Of a stretch of DNA of 64,000 nt, positions 1 to 11,400 are shown in pieces. Position 1 is the first letter of the stretch. Each line of letters starts with the position of its first letter. Source of the DNA: Eledone cirrhosa (lineage: Eukaryota); NCBI GenBank assembly GCA_964016885.1, contig OZ024740.1, positions 384,276,001-384,340,000 on the forward strand, written 5' to 3'. The notes beneath the pieces were generated by a model. The model did not search any database. It saw only the letters and a program-made list of their open reading frames with translations, and had not been told where the DNA came from. The position numbers were made by a program, and so were the translations under genes.

Positions 1-3000
1 TTGATCTAAATTGATCAGAGCCCCACCGAAGCCAGGTTTACACCCAAGCCTCTCTATGATGTATCGCATTAGGTGGAGGTTGTCATGTATGGACCTGGTT
101 GGGATTGCGTAATTGTGCGCCTCGCCAACCAAATCCCCGACGACAAGCACCAACCTCTTCGCTAACACCCTGGCCAAAATCTTAAACTCTGTGTTGAGCA
201 GAGTTGTGGGCCTGAAATTGTCTAATGTGTCCCTCTTGTTCTCGTCTTTCCTTATCAGTGTCACTACGCCCCGGCTCACAGAACTGGGAATACTCCCGTG
301 TTGCTGCCAGTTGCAGTAGAGCGCTTCGAGGAGATTGGAGAACAAGTCTGGCATATTTACGTAAAGCTCGTAGGGCAGACCATCCAAACCGGGTGACTTG
401 CGCCTCATGCAGCCTACAAGGGCATGCTGAATCTCGGCTGAAGTAATTGGCCTTTCGCAGCGCCCAGCGTCAGCCGTCGAGAGTTGCAGCAAGCCATCGA
501 TGTAGGGACTGAAGTCCGCCACTTCCCCCGAACAACCGAGCAAAATGTTGGCGAAAAGCCTCACACATCCTCTTGGAATCGCTCAGCTCAAGCCCGTCTC
601 GGTCCGTCAAAGACTGAATCGTGGTTTTATTACCACGCTGCGCCTCTGCCACGCGGGCCCATCGAACAGCTTTGGTTCCCTCGTTTCTCAGAGCACGCGC
701 CTTAGCTCTGACAATGCAACCTTCGTGTTTCGCATTGAAGAAATGGTCTAATGCCATTCTCGCCGTTAGCACAGCAGTTGCAATGCCACTACCAATAGCC
801 TCGTCTAACTTATCTACCAGCTCTCCCTTCTTTCTATTTTTCTCTAATGCTACTTCTTTGCTAAACTCAATCGACATTACTCTAATCTCTCTTTTGAGAG
901 CCCCCCACCATCTATTGTTGACGACTCTCCCTGTCAACTTCTTCTTAACTAAATTGTTGACCTGGTCCCTGTAAGCCTTACGTGCCGGAAATGACATGTT
1001 TATCTTCCAGTAACCAGGTCCTAACCTACGCGTCTTATCTAGGTCGACCATACAGATCACAAACTTGTGATCTGAATAGGCGACCGTTTCAAAACGTGGA
1101 CAGCTTACACTATTTCTGTCTATTTTCCTAATGAATATCCTGTCTATATACGAACTAGATGACCCTATGCGGTTAGCCAGGTCCACACTGGCGCATTAGG
1201 GAAATCTAGTCAGTACCTGTCAGACAGTTGGAACTGGCTGATCAGGTTCTTGTGGCTTTTGCACACCCCGCTCCTATCGGATACGCTCACACAGTCCCAG
1301 CGTGCGTCTAAGATGCCGTTCCAGTCCCCCGCTAACAGTAAAGGGCGAGACGTACCCAGAAAGTATTCCAGGCGTCTAAAGAAGTCCGGCCGTTCTGCCC
1401 CAGTAGGAGCATAGACGACCACCAGACTAAAGGCATCACCTTCATTATTGTTCACGTCCAGGACCACCAACTTCCCGTCCGGGTCCCGGAAGATCGACCT
1501 TACCTCGAGATCCAAGCCTTTCCTAAACAGCAGTGCCACCCCGCCTCCCATTCCCCGCTGGCTAACAGATGCAAAGATCTGATAGTCGTCGAAAATGGGG
1601 GATAGTGCGCGCGTGTCGGAAATCCTGGTCTCACTGACTGCAATTACATCCATTTCAATAGACCTGAGGTCGTTGAGCAGGTGACCCTGCTTCCAGGACC
1701 ATCCCAGGCCTCGAACATTTAGACATCCTACAATTACGGCCATGTTGGCAGGTTAAACAGAGAGAGAGGAAGTTTTACTTACCTTCTGGGCTCTTGTGAA
1801 GGTCGGGTTGTTCGACCTCCATAGTTAGTGGGGTTTCTTTTGGGAAACCCTTTAAAAGTCTTGAAGTGGGTTTTACGTTCGGGGTTCCCACGTCCCGAGG
1901 AAAGCTGTTTCGGATTTCTTTGAATATGTCGAGCGACATTCGCACCAGAACCACATCTTCCGGAACGCGAAATGTGCTCGATTTAAACATTTCCCCCTCT
2001 TTTTGTATATTTTCACTTCGTGCTACGAGGGCCATCAGTTCCTTGTTGGCCCTCCTGACGAGCACGAAGTTTTGTATGTTTTGTTGGTGTGATTTTATTT
2101 GTGGTTTTGCCGGTGCTTGTGTTGGTAGTGGTCTTCGCCCCGGCGTCGGCAGCAGTGGAGCCCGTTGCATCTTTCAGTTGTTGAGGGCAGAAGGCTCGCA
2201 AATGGGGTTTTTCCCGACAAACAAAACAAATGCGGCCTTTTGCCTTCGGTCATAATATAAATGACCGTCCCATTCTTAAGGCGGATGTGGTCCGGGATTG
2301 TCTTCACATTCTCGGGCCTGATCTGGAGAAGGCTCTCCAGGTCAACCCCGTACCAGTCCTCTCCGGCCGTTCTGGTCACTTCTATCGGGACGGTATCCGT
2401 CCCCTCCCCAATCACACATCCCAGAAGCCACCACATGTCAAGTCCTGGTGGGATTCTGGGAATGCGGAGACGGGCCGTTCTTTTTCCTATGTGGGAGGGG
2501 TACATTATGACCTTGTTGGTTTTGGAAGCAGTTATAGCGTGTTTCATAGCGAGGGCTTCTGATTTGAACAGCACCGAAATGGTGCCGTACTGTCTGCCCC
2601 TCGCTATGTATTAGGTGTCTTCTCTGATGCACCTCAGTGCGACTTCGACATCTGCTTGTGGGATTATAGCTGCCCTTTTGGCTTGTGCTGAGATGCATCT
2701 ATAATGTACCGTTCTGCGCTCCACTGCCTCAATGGCTTCTACCGGGGCAGTTAAGATGGCCCAGGTTTGCTCCTGCTTGATGAGCTTCCATGCCTGGGCC
2801 AACTTTTCATCTTTGTTTGAGAGGTCCATGTTGAAGCATGGCCTCTTTTTTGCTGCTGCCGCAGCGAAAGTGTTCTTCTTGTTTTCATTGTGGGTGTTGT
2901 TGTCGTTGTCGTTTTTCGTGTTGGTGTTGTTGTTATCACTGTCGCTGTTATGATTATTGTCTCTGTTGTCACCGTTGTTCTCGGTGCAGTTGGTATTGTT

Positions 3001-3480
3001 GCTTTTGTCGCTATTTGTTTTCATGTTAGTGGTGTTGATATTGTTGTTGCATTTGTCATTTTTTTTTTGTTATCTGTATGTTCGTTGTCGCTGTTACAGT
3101 CATTTTCTTTTCAAAATTAGAGTTCTCAGTGTTGTTATCATTGGTGTCTTTGTTTACATTGTTTGTGGTGGTGTTTGTGTTATCAATTTGTGTTAATTTC
3201 GCTGTAGCGCTCATTTCAACTTGTACGTCGTTGTCGCACGACAGTAGACATATCGCTGGGGGGCGTGGCACAGACATTTTTTTTTTCTCGATAACTTTTT
3301 AAAATGTAAAAAAAGTTCAAATATTTGGGCCAAAAGGCCAAAATATTATTCTTTCCCCTTCACAGGGCAAAGTCCAAGGGATTGTATGCCTTACACAACA
3401 ACAAAAATTCAATAAATCAGTTTTGATAGGTAAATAAGTGAACTTACGGGAGCGAGCAAAAAGACTTCCGTTTAGACTCA
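1..3480 (-). mobile_element. Tx1/L1-clade non-LTR retrotransposon, 5' part (ORF1, AP endonuclease, start of RT), frameshifted; runs off the window start
   Basis: ORF 1210-1743 has APE motifs (LNVRGL, VSET, VYAP, AGDWN). ORF 470-1186 has YIDRIF, YSDH and GPGYWKIN. The minus strand of 1-300 encodes RT motifs (NFRPTTLLN, DNLHLMR). The Asn/Thr-rich ORF1 pieces span 1775-3277 with a frameshifted CxxC..H..C knuckle near 2200. The element is bounded by (TAA)n at 3481. Confidence 0.85.
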
Positions 3481-3494
3481 ATAATAATAATAAT

Positions 3495-3685
3495 AATTGT
3501 TTCTACGTTAGGCACAAGGCCAGCAATTACCCAGTGTATTACTGGTACTTTATTTTATCGACCCCGTAAGGATGAAAGGCAAAGTTAACCTCGGCGGGAT
3601 TTGAACTCAGAATAGCAAGGGCCGTAACTCTATGCGTCAAAGCATGGCGTCCGACTCTCTACCAATACTGTCAATCCACCGCCCT
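3495..3685 (-). mobile_element. tRNA-derived SINE, full length
   Basis: The minus strand has an A-box-like TGACAGTATTGG, a B box GAGTTCAAATCCC, a core GCCTTTCATCCTTACGGGGTCGATAAAATAAAGTACCAG and a (TTA)n tail. Near-identical copies occur elsewhere in the window. Confidence 0.85.
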
Positions 3686-3718
3686 TAATAATAATAATAA
3701 TAATAATAATATTAATAA

Positions 3719-4545
3719 TCGATAGACTCTGCTTAAAGAGATCTGAAGGTGGAAGAGGTCTTATCAGCATAGAGGACTGGAACTGGTTAAAAAGAGGAGA
3801 CCTTAAAAAAGTGACAGAAGGAATTCTAATGTGCTAATGGCTGCTCAAAAGCAAGCCCTCAGAACGAAGTGGGTGAAACATCATATTGAGAAGGAGGAGG
3901 CTAGCTCACTGTGTAGGATCTGTGGAGTGAGAGAGGAGACTGTGGCTCACATTGTATCCTATATCCCAGTGTAAACACCTAGCCCAGACTCACTATAAAG
4001 GCTGGAGACATGATGTGATAGGTAGGCTGATCTATGCAAAGTAAACAATTTACCACATTCTGAGAAGTGGTATGAGCATAAGCCAGAGTCGGTGATAGAA
4101 AACAATCAGGTGAAGGTGCTATGGGATGTTAGGATACAGACGGACAAGAAATTAGAACACAATAGGTCTGACCTGGTGGTTTTGGACAATGAAAAAGCAC
4201 CATGCCTGATTGTGGATGTAGCCTACCCATTTGACACGAAATTGCAAGAAAATGAGAGGGAGACATTAAAGGATACCAGGATTTAATGCGGGAGTTAAAA
4301 AGGATTTGGAACTGCCATGAAATCAAGGTCGTCCCGATTGTCATAGGCGCACTCGGTACTATCTCAAAGAATGTCCAAGGATGGTTAAAGAAGATTAATC
4401 CATCCCCGCTTTTTGGAACGCTTCAAAAATCATGCTTGCTGGGAAACCTCCGATACGTCCTGAATGTCAGAGGCTGCAGGTAGCGGCTTGATATTCCTTT
4501 CAACAAACTTTTCAGTTAAATAACATCAATGACTGAGACTCAAAT
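3719..4545 (+). mobile_element. R4/Dong-type RLE non-LTR retrotransposon, 3' fragment with internal deletion
   Basis: Translates to EGGRGLISIED, AAQKQALRT, the CRICG..ETVAHIVS zinc knuckle, RHD, LWDVRIQTDK..HNRSDLVV..IVDVAYPFD (restriction-like endonuclease) and VVPIVIGALG. Flanked by (TAA)n. Confidence 0.85.
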
Positions 4546-4564
4546 AACAATAATAATAATAATA

Positions 4565-5365
4565 AGTAGGACTATCATAAGTGCAGTAAATTCCCGAGCT
4601 GTGTCTATTATTAGATACAGTGCGGGAATTCTGAAATGGAATGTTAGTGAACAAAAAGAAATGGATAGAAAGACTAGGAAGCTAATGACTATCTACAACA
4701 TGTTCCACAAGAGGAGTGATGTTGATAGACTCTACTTAAAGAGATCTGAAGGTGGAAGAGGTCTTATCAGCATAGAGGACTGTGTTCAGATGGAGAAAAA
4801 CAGTCTGCACAAATATGTGTCTGACAGTAGGGAGCCAATGCTCAAAATTGTACTGAAAGAGAAGATAATAGACCAGGGGATGTCCAAGGAAGAAATAACA
4901 GCAGAGAGGAAGAGCAACCTTCATGAAAAATCCTTCCATCGTACCTCCCTCCATCGTACCTTCTTTAGGAAAACATATTTCAGAGATCCACAGAGATGGA
5001 AACATAGCACCTTCTTTAATAAAACAGATTTCAGAGATCCACAGACATGGAAACATAGCACCTTCTTTAAGAAAACAGATTTCAGAGATCCACAGACATG
5101 GAAACATAGCACCTGTTTTAAGAAAACAGATTTCAGAGATCTACAGACATGGAAACATAGCACCTTCTTTAAGAAAACAGATTTCAGAGATCCACAGACA
5201 TGGAAACATAGCACCTTTTTTAAGAAAACAGATTTCAGAGATCCACAGACATGGAAACAGCAAGAACTCTCCGATACGTCCTGAATATCTGAGGCTGCCG
5301 GTAGCAGCTTGATATCCATTTCAACAAACTTTAAGTTAAATAACATCAATGACTGAGACTCAAAG
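4565..5365 (+). mobile_element. Second R4/Dong-type fragment of the same family, with internal tandem amplification and deletion
   Basis: ORF 4529-5284 has AVNSRAVSIIRYSAG, MDRKTRKLMT and DVDRLYLKRSEGGRGLISIED. Its 3' UTR matches that of the 3719-4545 copy (ctccgatacgtcctgaat...gactgagactcaa) and ends in a (TAA)n tail. Confidence 0.85.
4978..5258 (+). repeat. 51-bp in-frame tandem repeat (about 5.5 copies of KHSTFFKKTDFRDPQTW)
   Basis: ggaaacatagcacc recurs at 4998, 5049, 5100, 5151 and 5202, with a partial copy at 5253. Confidence 0.95.
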
Positions 5366-5384
5366 AATAATAATAATAATAATA

Positions 5385-8300
5385 ATGCTTTCTTTATTAA
5401 CAACAAGGGTTTACACAAAGTAAGACATTAAGGACAATACAGGACAATACAGAACAATACAGGACAATACAGGACGGTACAAATGGGCATTTCTGCGTGT
5501 AAAAAAACAAAAAAAGGAGGATGTAACAAAAAAAGGAACAATAAAAAATTCCCTAATAGGGAGGCAACATCCGAGGGCCATCGTGGAGAAAGCCCATTAA
5601 AAAAAGCCACGGTGACCCTGACCACAGGGGGTAAGTGCGCTCTCCCAGTTTTCCACCTTCAATTTACAGGCACATAATCAGAGTAGGCCCATTCACTCGG
5701 GCCATTCTTGTCTCTCTCACCCATTTTTCAACAAAATGCTGGGAAGAGAGCACTTCCCTCTCTACCCTAATTTTTCTTTTCAAATGAAATTTGAAAAAGT
5801 TAATCAGGGCATCACCGAAGAGGTAAGTGCTCGCCTTCAGCCCTTTCAAACGCGTCCGCCATACAATCTCTTTCGCCATGGCCACCAGAGAGATAAAAAC
5901 TTCCTGCCCTTCCCGGCGAAAGTAAGAGGGCGGGGCAATCCTTACGTTGGACTCAGCTGATAGATTGATCCGTCCTACACGCGAAAGCAGGTGTTCGACA
6001 TAAACCCACAAGTCAGCAATGCTCAGACATTGGACGAGTGAGTACAGGACGGTTTCGTCGCCATGCGCGCATCTGGGACAAGCCCGGCTAACGGCACTTC
6101 CATGCCTGTAGAGTTTATCCCGAACTGGCAAAGCACCTCGGTAGCACTGCCAGGCCCGGGATTTCTGGAAGTTGTCCATAGGCCCCGGCCCGAAAGTTCT
6201 TCCGAAGAGATTGGCTAGTTGATTTTCCTCGACGCCTAGAGTTTCTCCAAGTACGTCGTTCCTCTTCCCCTCCACTAATCCTCTATAGAACGCCAAGGTG
6301 GGGTTTCCACTGATCACATTGCCCGACTGGTCGAGGGCTGTGAGCGCCTGAACACATTCCAGTCTCTAAGCGCTCCCACTCGCTCTTCCCTTGACCTAGG
6401 ACTACAGCTCTGTCAAGGAGACGAGCTGGGGAAAGACGCGTCTAGCAAATGGCGACCACACCTGATCACCGTCGAGGAAGAGGTGTAGATATCGTAGCCT
6501 GAGCGCGTGTCTTCCCATCATCAGCCACAAAATTCCCAGCTCTCCACGTAGTGGGTGTTGACAGCAGATGGGCAGCCTAACCATCGGAGCGCGTCCCTTC
6601 CACAAAACGCGAAAGAGCAAACGCTCCAGCGCAGTCAGGTGAGGCTTAGGACAAGGCACGATGGTCAGGCGGTAGTAGATGACGGACGCGATATACGCAT
6701 TCACCACCTCCGTTCGACCTATCAGGGATAGCTTCCTTTCTGCCCATTTCTGTGTGAGAGAAGCCACCCTGCTAGTCACCACGTCCTAGTTTTTGTCCGT
6801 CTGGCGGTCAGGACCGAACCAGACCCCTAGTAATTTAAACGGTACGTCCGTCCAGCGCCTGACGACGCTGTTGGACGGCATGGACCTGCCTCTCCGGTGC
6901 CGAGCTGCAGACCCAACGACTTTTCCTGGTTGATCATAGCCCCTGTCACTGGCTCGAATTCTCTTACTGTAGTGCCGATCCTCTCGATGTGTTTGGTGTT
7001 CGACACCACCACGGTGACATCGTCCGCATATAATAACACGGATCTTCCGCATCCTAATTCGTGCGGGATCTCCCTCAACATCTCCAGTTTGTGCAGTAAT
7101 GTCTCGAGAGTCAATACGTACAACATGGACGAGAGGAGACATCCTTGGTGGACCGAGCGCATGATGTTGAACGGTTACGAAAGAAGACCGTTCACTCTCA
7201 CCTCAGAGCAGATGTCGCTGTGCATGGCACCGATCCAGCCTCTGAAGACGGGTCCAAAACGCGCCGCCCTCAGGACTGCCGCCAGATAAAGATGGTCGAC
7301 CCTATCGAATGCTTTCGACTGATCTAAATAGATCAAGGACCCACCCGTGCCAGGTTTCCTAGCTACCCTCTCTACGATGTATCGCATGAGGTGGAGGTTG
7401 TCGTTGATGGATCTCTCGGAAATGGCGCATGTCGGCGCCTCTCCCACCAGACCACCAACGACAAGCACCAACCTCTTTGCTAGCACCTTGGCCAAAATCT
7501 GGAATTCTGTGTTTAGCAGAGTTATGGGCCTGAAATTATCGATGTTATCCCCCTTGTTCGGATCCTTTCTCAGCAGCGCCACAGCTTCTCGGTTCACAGA
7601 GCTGAGAATTCTCCCGTTCTGTTTCCTGTTGCAGTAAACGTCCGCTATGAGGCCTCCGAACAAGTCTGGCATGTGTACGTAAGATCCCATTCCAGTCGCC
7701 CACTAACACTATAGAGCGAGCAGGACGTTCCAAGAAAGGTCTCCAGACGATGGGAAGAAATCAAGCCGCCCTGCTCCTGTCGGGGTATAGACGGCCACTA
7801 GCCTGAAAGCTTGCCCGACTCCGCTGGTCACATTCAGCACCACCAACTTACCTTCTGGGTCCAGGAAGATGACTCATATGGCGAGATCCAAGCCTCTCCG
7901 AAAAAGCACAGCAGCTCCACCCCCCGATCTTGGACGGCTGGGAGATGCGTACACATCGTAGCCGCCGAAGATCGGTGCGAAGGCTCGTGATTCGGGGATT
8001 CTGGTCTCGCTAATGGCCACCACATCTATGTTTAGTGACCTGGGGTCGTTGAGTAGGTGGCCCTGCTTCCATGACGACCCCAGGCCACGCGCATTTATGC
8101 TGCCTATTCTGAGTGAGGTCATGTTCAAAAGGAGTGGAAAAAGATTGGAAAGACCACTTACCTCACTTCTTGTGGCGGAAGGATGATTTTTCTATCCTTC
8201 TCACTGCTTGTGGCCCCCTCCGGAAGGATGTCTTTATAAATACTCCTGGAGAGTCTTTGTCGGAAGTCTCCGATGTCCTTGGTGAATTTTAATTTTAGTG

Positions 8301-9520
8301 TCGTGTACGTTTTCTGTGTGATACCAATGATTTGTGTGTGTGGAGGCGGTGTGAATTTTTGGGGTGCTGTGTAGTCTTTTTCTGTGATGCTGGTGTTGTG
8401 TTGGGTGTAGTTTAATAATTGGTTGTTGTTCAAATTTATACTGTGTAGTATGTATCGTTTTGGTTGCTTTGTTTTGTTTGCGTCTGTTGTGGGTTTGTTT
8501 CTGTTTCGCTTGTTGGTGTTGGTGTTGGTGGTGTTGGGGTTAATGATGGTATTGGTGTTTGTGGTGATGGGGCTGGTGATGGTGGTGGTGTGGGTGGTGG
8601 TATAGCTGTCTTAAGTTTGTTGTTAGTTTGTTTGTTGGTTTGCCCCTGCATTTTGATTTTGGAGGGCGAAGGGAATTTCATTGGCCGGCGTAACGTGGGT
8701 CACCCTGATCTTCATGAGTCTCTGAACACAAAAGCTTGGGACGCGTGTGAACTAGTCACTTCTTAATGGGGCCATGGAGTTCTCTCTGGCTTTCTGTGGG
8801 GTTCCAAAGAACACGTCCACGGTTCCATATTTCTGCCCACGTCTGATGTGGGTTTTTTGCGCCCACACATGTCCCAAAGCTTTTTGTACCTGGGACTCAG
8901 ATTCCCGTTCCACTCGGTGTGGTTTTGTGTTTATCGTCCGATATTACACGGTGCATAGGCGCCGATGCTCCATTTTATTTGATGGGGGCGGGGGGCTGAC
9001 CTTGTACCAATCTTTTTTTACCATTCGCTTGGCTTCATTCAATGCATCCTGGCTTCCATCGATTGTTTCGCATTTCTTGGCTGCTTTGGCAATCGACACA
9101 TTTTGTTTTGCGCTGGCATTGATGTTGTTGTTGTTATTCTCATTATTGTTGTTGTTGATGTTGTTGTTATTGTTATTTTTAGTTTCAGTTGTGGTGGTGG
9201 TGGTGGTGGTGGTGGCGGTGGTGATGTCAGTGGTGTTCAGTTTGGAAGAGTCGATTATGGGTGAATCCATTTCGATGTCACGAGATAATAATTTGTCGTC
9301 CATGTTTTGTTTTTTCAAAGAAATATTTTGTTTGATAAAAAAAAATGTTAAATGTTGCGCTCAAGGCCCCAATATTATTCAGTGTCCTTTTCAGAAAGCA
9401 ATATATGTGAACTTATAAACACTTAACAACAAACATTTTCCATAACTGGGAATTTGAAACAACTGAAAACAACAAACCTTTGTGGAGCTCACGATAATAC
9501 GATTTCCTACGGAGGTCGCC
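5385..9520 (-). mobile_element. Tx1/L1-clade non-LTR retrotransposon with both ends, internally deleted and frameshifted
   Basis: ORF1 pieces lie at 8158-9318. APE motifs are INARGLG, ISET and VGDWNGIL. RT motifs are DNFRPITLLN, LDQSKAFDRVDH, VHQGCLLS and YADD. The C-terminal CPRC..DETVL..LVQC knuckle is in 5664-6317. AATAAAGAAAG and a (TTA)n tail mark the 3' end, and (TAA)n follows the 5' end. Confidence 0.9.
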
Positions 9521-9533
9521 AATAATAATAATA

Positions 9534-9945
9534 ATCTATGGACTCGGCCGATAGCCTGATCCGTTCTACACGCGACAACAGCTGTTCAACATAACTCCAC
9601 AAGTCAGTAATGCACGGACATTGGACAGGTGCGTGCAGAACGGTTTCGTCGTTCTGTGCGCATCTTGGGCAGGTCCGTCTCACAGCACTTCCGTGCCTGT
9701 AGAGTTTATCCCGAACCGGCAGTGCTCCCCGGTAGCACTGCCAAGGGAGGAATTTCTGGAAATTGTCCATCGTCCCCGGCTCGAAAGTCTTCCGGTACAG
9801 ACTGGTCAGTTCGACTTCGTCGAGGCCCAAAGCTTCTCCGAGTGCGTCATCGCACTTGCCCACCACTAATCCTCTATAGAACTCGAGAGTGGAAGTTCCA
9901 CTGATCGCACCACTGCCCGCTTGGTAGAGGGCAGTGAGTGCCGAT
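9534..9945 (-). mobile_element. Tx1-like ORF2 C-terminal fragment
   Basis: ORF 9507-9866 (MDNFQK..WQCYRGALPVRDKL..CPRC..DETVLH) is homologous to 5664-6317. Confidence 0.85.
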
Positions 9946-9999
9946 CACCTCGATTTCTGAGGTGTTCGAAACCATATAATAATAATAATAATAATAATA

Positions 10000-10113
10000 A
10001 TTGTTTCTATTTTAGGCACAAGGCCAGCAATTACCCAGTGCATTACTGGTACTTTATTTTATCGTCCCCGTAAGGATGAAAGGCAAAGTTAACCTCGGCG
10101 GGATTTGAACTCA
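10000..10113 (-). mobile_element. 5'-truncated copy of the tRNA-derived SINE
   Basis: Matches the 3' two-thirds of 3495-3685 and is embedded in (TAA)n. Confidence 0.85.
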
Positions 10114-10564
10114 TAATAATAATAATATTAATAATGATTTTATTATTATTTTTATTATTAGTAATAGTAATAGTATTAGTTTTATTATTGTTGTTATTTA
10201 CTGATCAGTGAATCGCGCACTTTTCTCGCTCAACGAAATTATTTTATATTTGTTGATATTGATCCGTTATATCATTTATTTTTCTGTGCATGTGCCCGTG
10301 TGTATATCAGAACTGTTCAGCCGCGCAAGGCGTAGGTTGACTAAATCTTTTGAATTTTATTCTGGCTTCGTTTCTGGTGTTCCAGTTTTCAAAAATACAC
10401 TTTAAAAAAAGAAATATTAATCTTTAACAATGGCGTCATGTATTTATTCAAGCGAACAAGAGAAGACAAAAGGACCTAAATGTGATAAAAACCAAAAACA
10501 TTCAAGACCTTCGCTTCAGTGAACAAAGCGGTGATAAGCATGTTAAATTCTCTCTCTCTCTCTT

Positions 10565-11400
10565 CAACAATTTATTACAACGTCGGCAATATTACGATCA
10601 TCCTGTCCATTAACACAATCACCAGCAACACCTGTTCCAACAATGCTAAATAGGATATTGATGATGTCAGGAAGTAGGTTAACAATAACCGCAACAACAC
10701 AAATGCTAATGCCACTAATGCCAACAACGCACATAATAGCAATAATCACTAATCTTGACTCAAAAGGAATCGGTGTAACAAATACCTGAGAACTGAGAAG
10801 AACAACCAAGGCGATCGAAGGCGGAGCAGTAGGAATATAGTGAGAATATTGTAGGAATGAGTCTAATGACATTACAAGAAGATGAATAAGGAAAGGAAAG
10901 ACGGAAAAAGATCACTTACAACTGCGTCTCGAAAAAGTTCTGAATGGTGATGTAGTGACAGATAGTCCCAGGCGAAAGATTGTTTCCTGAGTAATAGAAT
11001 ACAGCATGGAAAATAGAAACGATTAAATACTACTATAGTGTAGCGTTTCTATGTCAAAATGAAGAAGGGACGAAGAAAAAATCCATATGTAGCTCCGCAT
11101 CAGGTGATTTCAACAATTTCCAAACATACATCGGAAGGCAAACATACAGGATCATGATGTTAAAGAAGAAGTTTATGTTGGAGGAATATGGCGAATTAGG
11201 CAGCACCCGACTCACCTTCAAGGTGAAATGCTGAGTGACAGTGCTAGGGGTGTTGCTACTAGAACACTTACATACTTGGCGAGGATCCTTGACATGATAT
11301 TCTTCGAGTATAAGACGCACTGTCGTATTCTTGTAGATGACAAGAGCTTCAGCAATATGAAATCTTTGAGGGTCTTCTGCTATGTGGTAATTTATAAAAA
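10565..11400 (+). pseudogene. Possible highly degenerate LINE ORF1-like remnant
   Basis: An Asn/Thr-rich stretch is followed by YIGRQTYRIM, which loosely resembles HIGKRTARLRI in Tx1 ORF1 at 2095-2574. Many stops. Confidence 0.2.
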
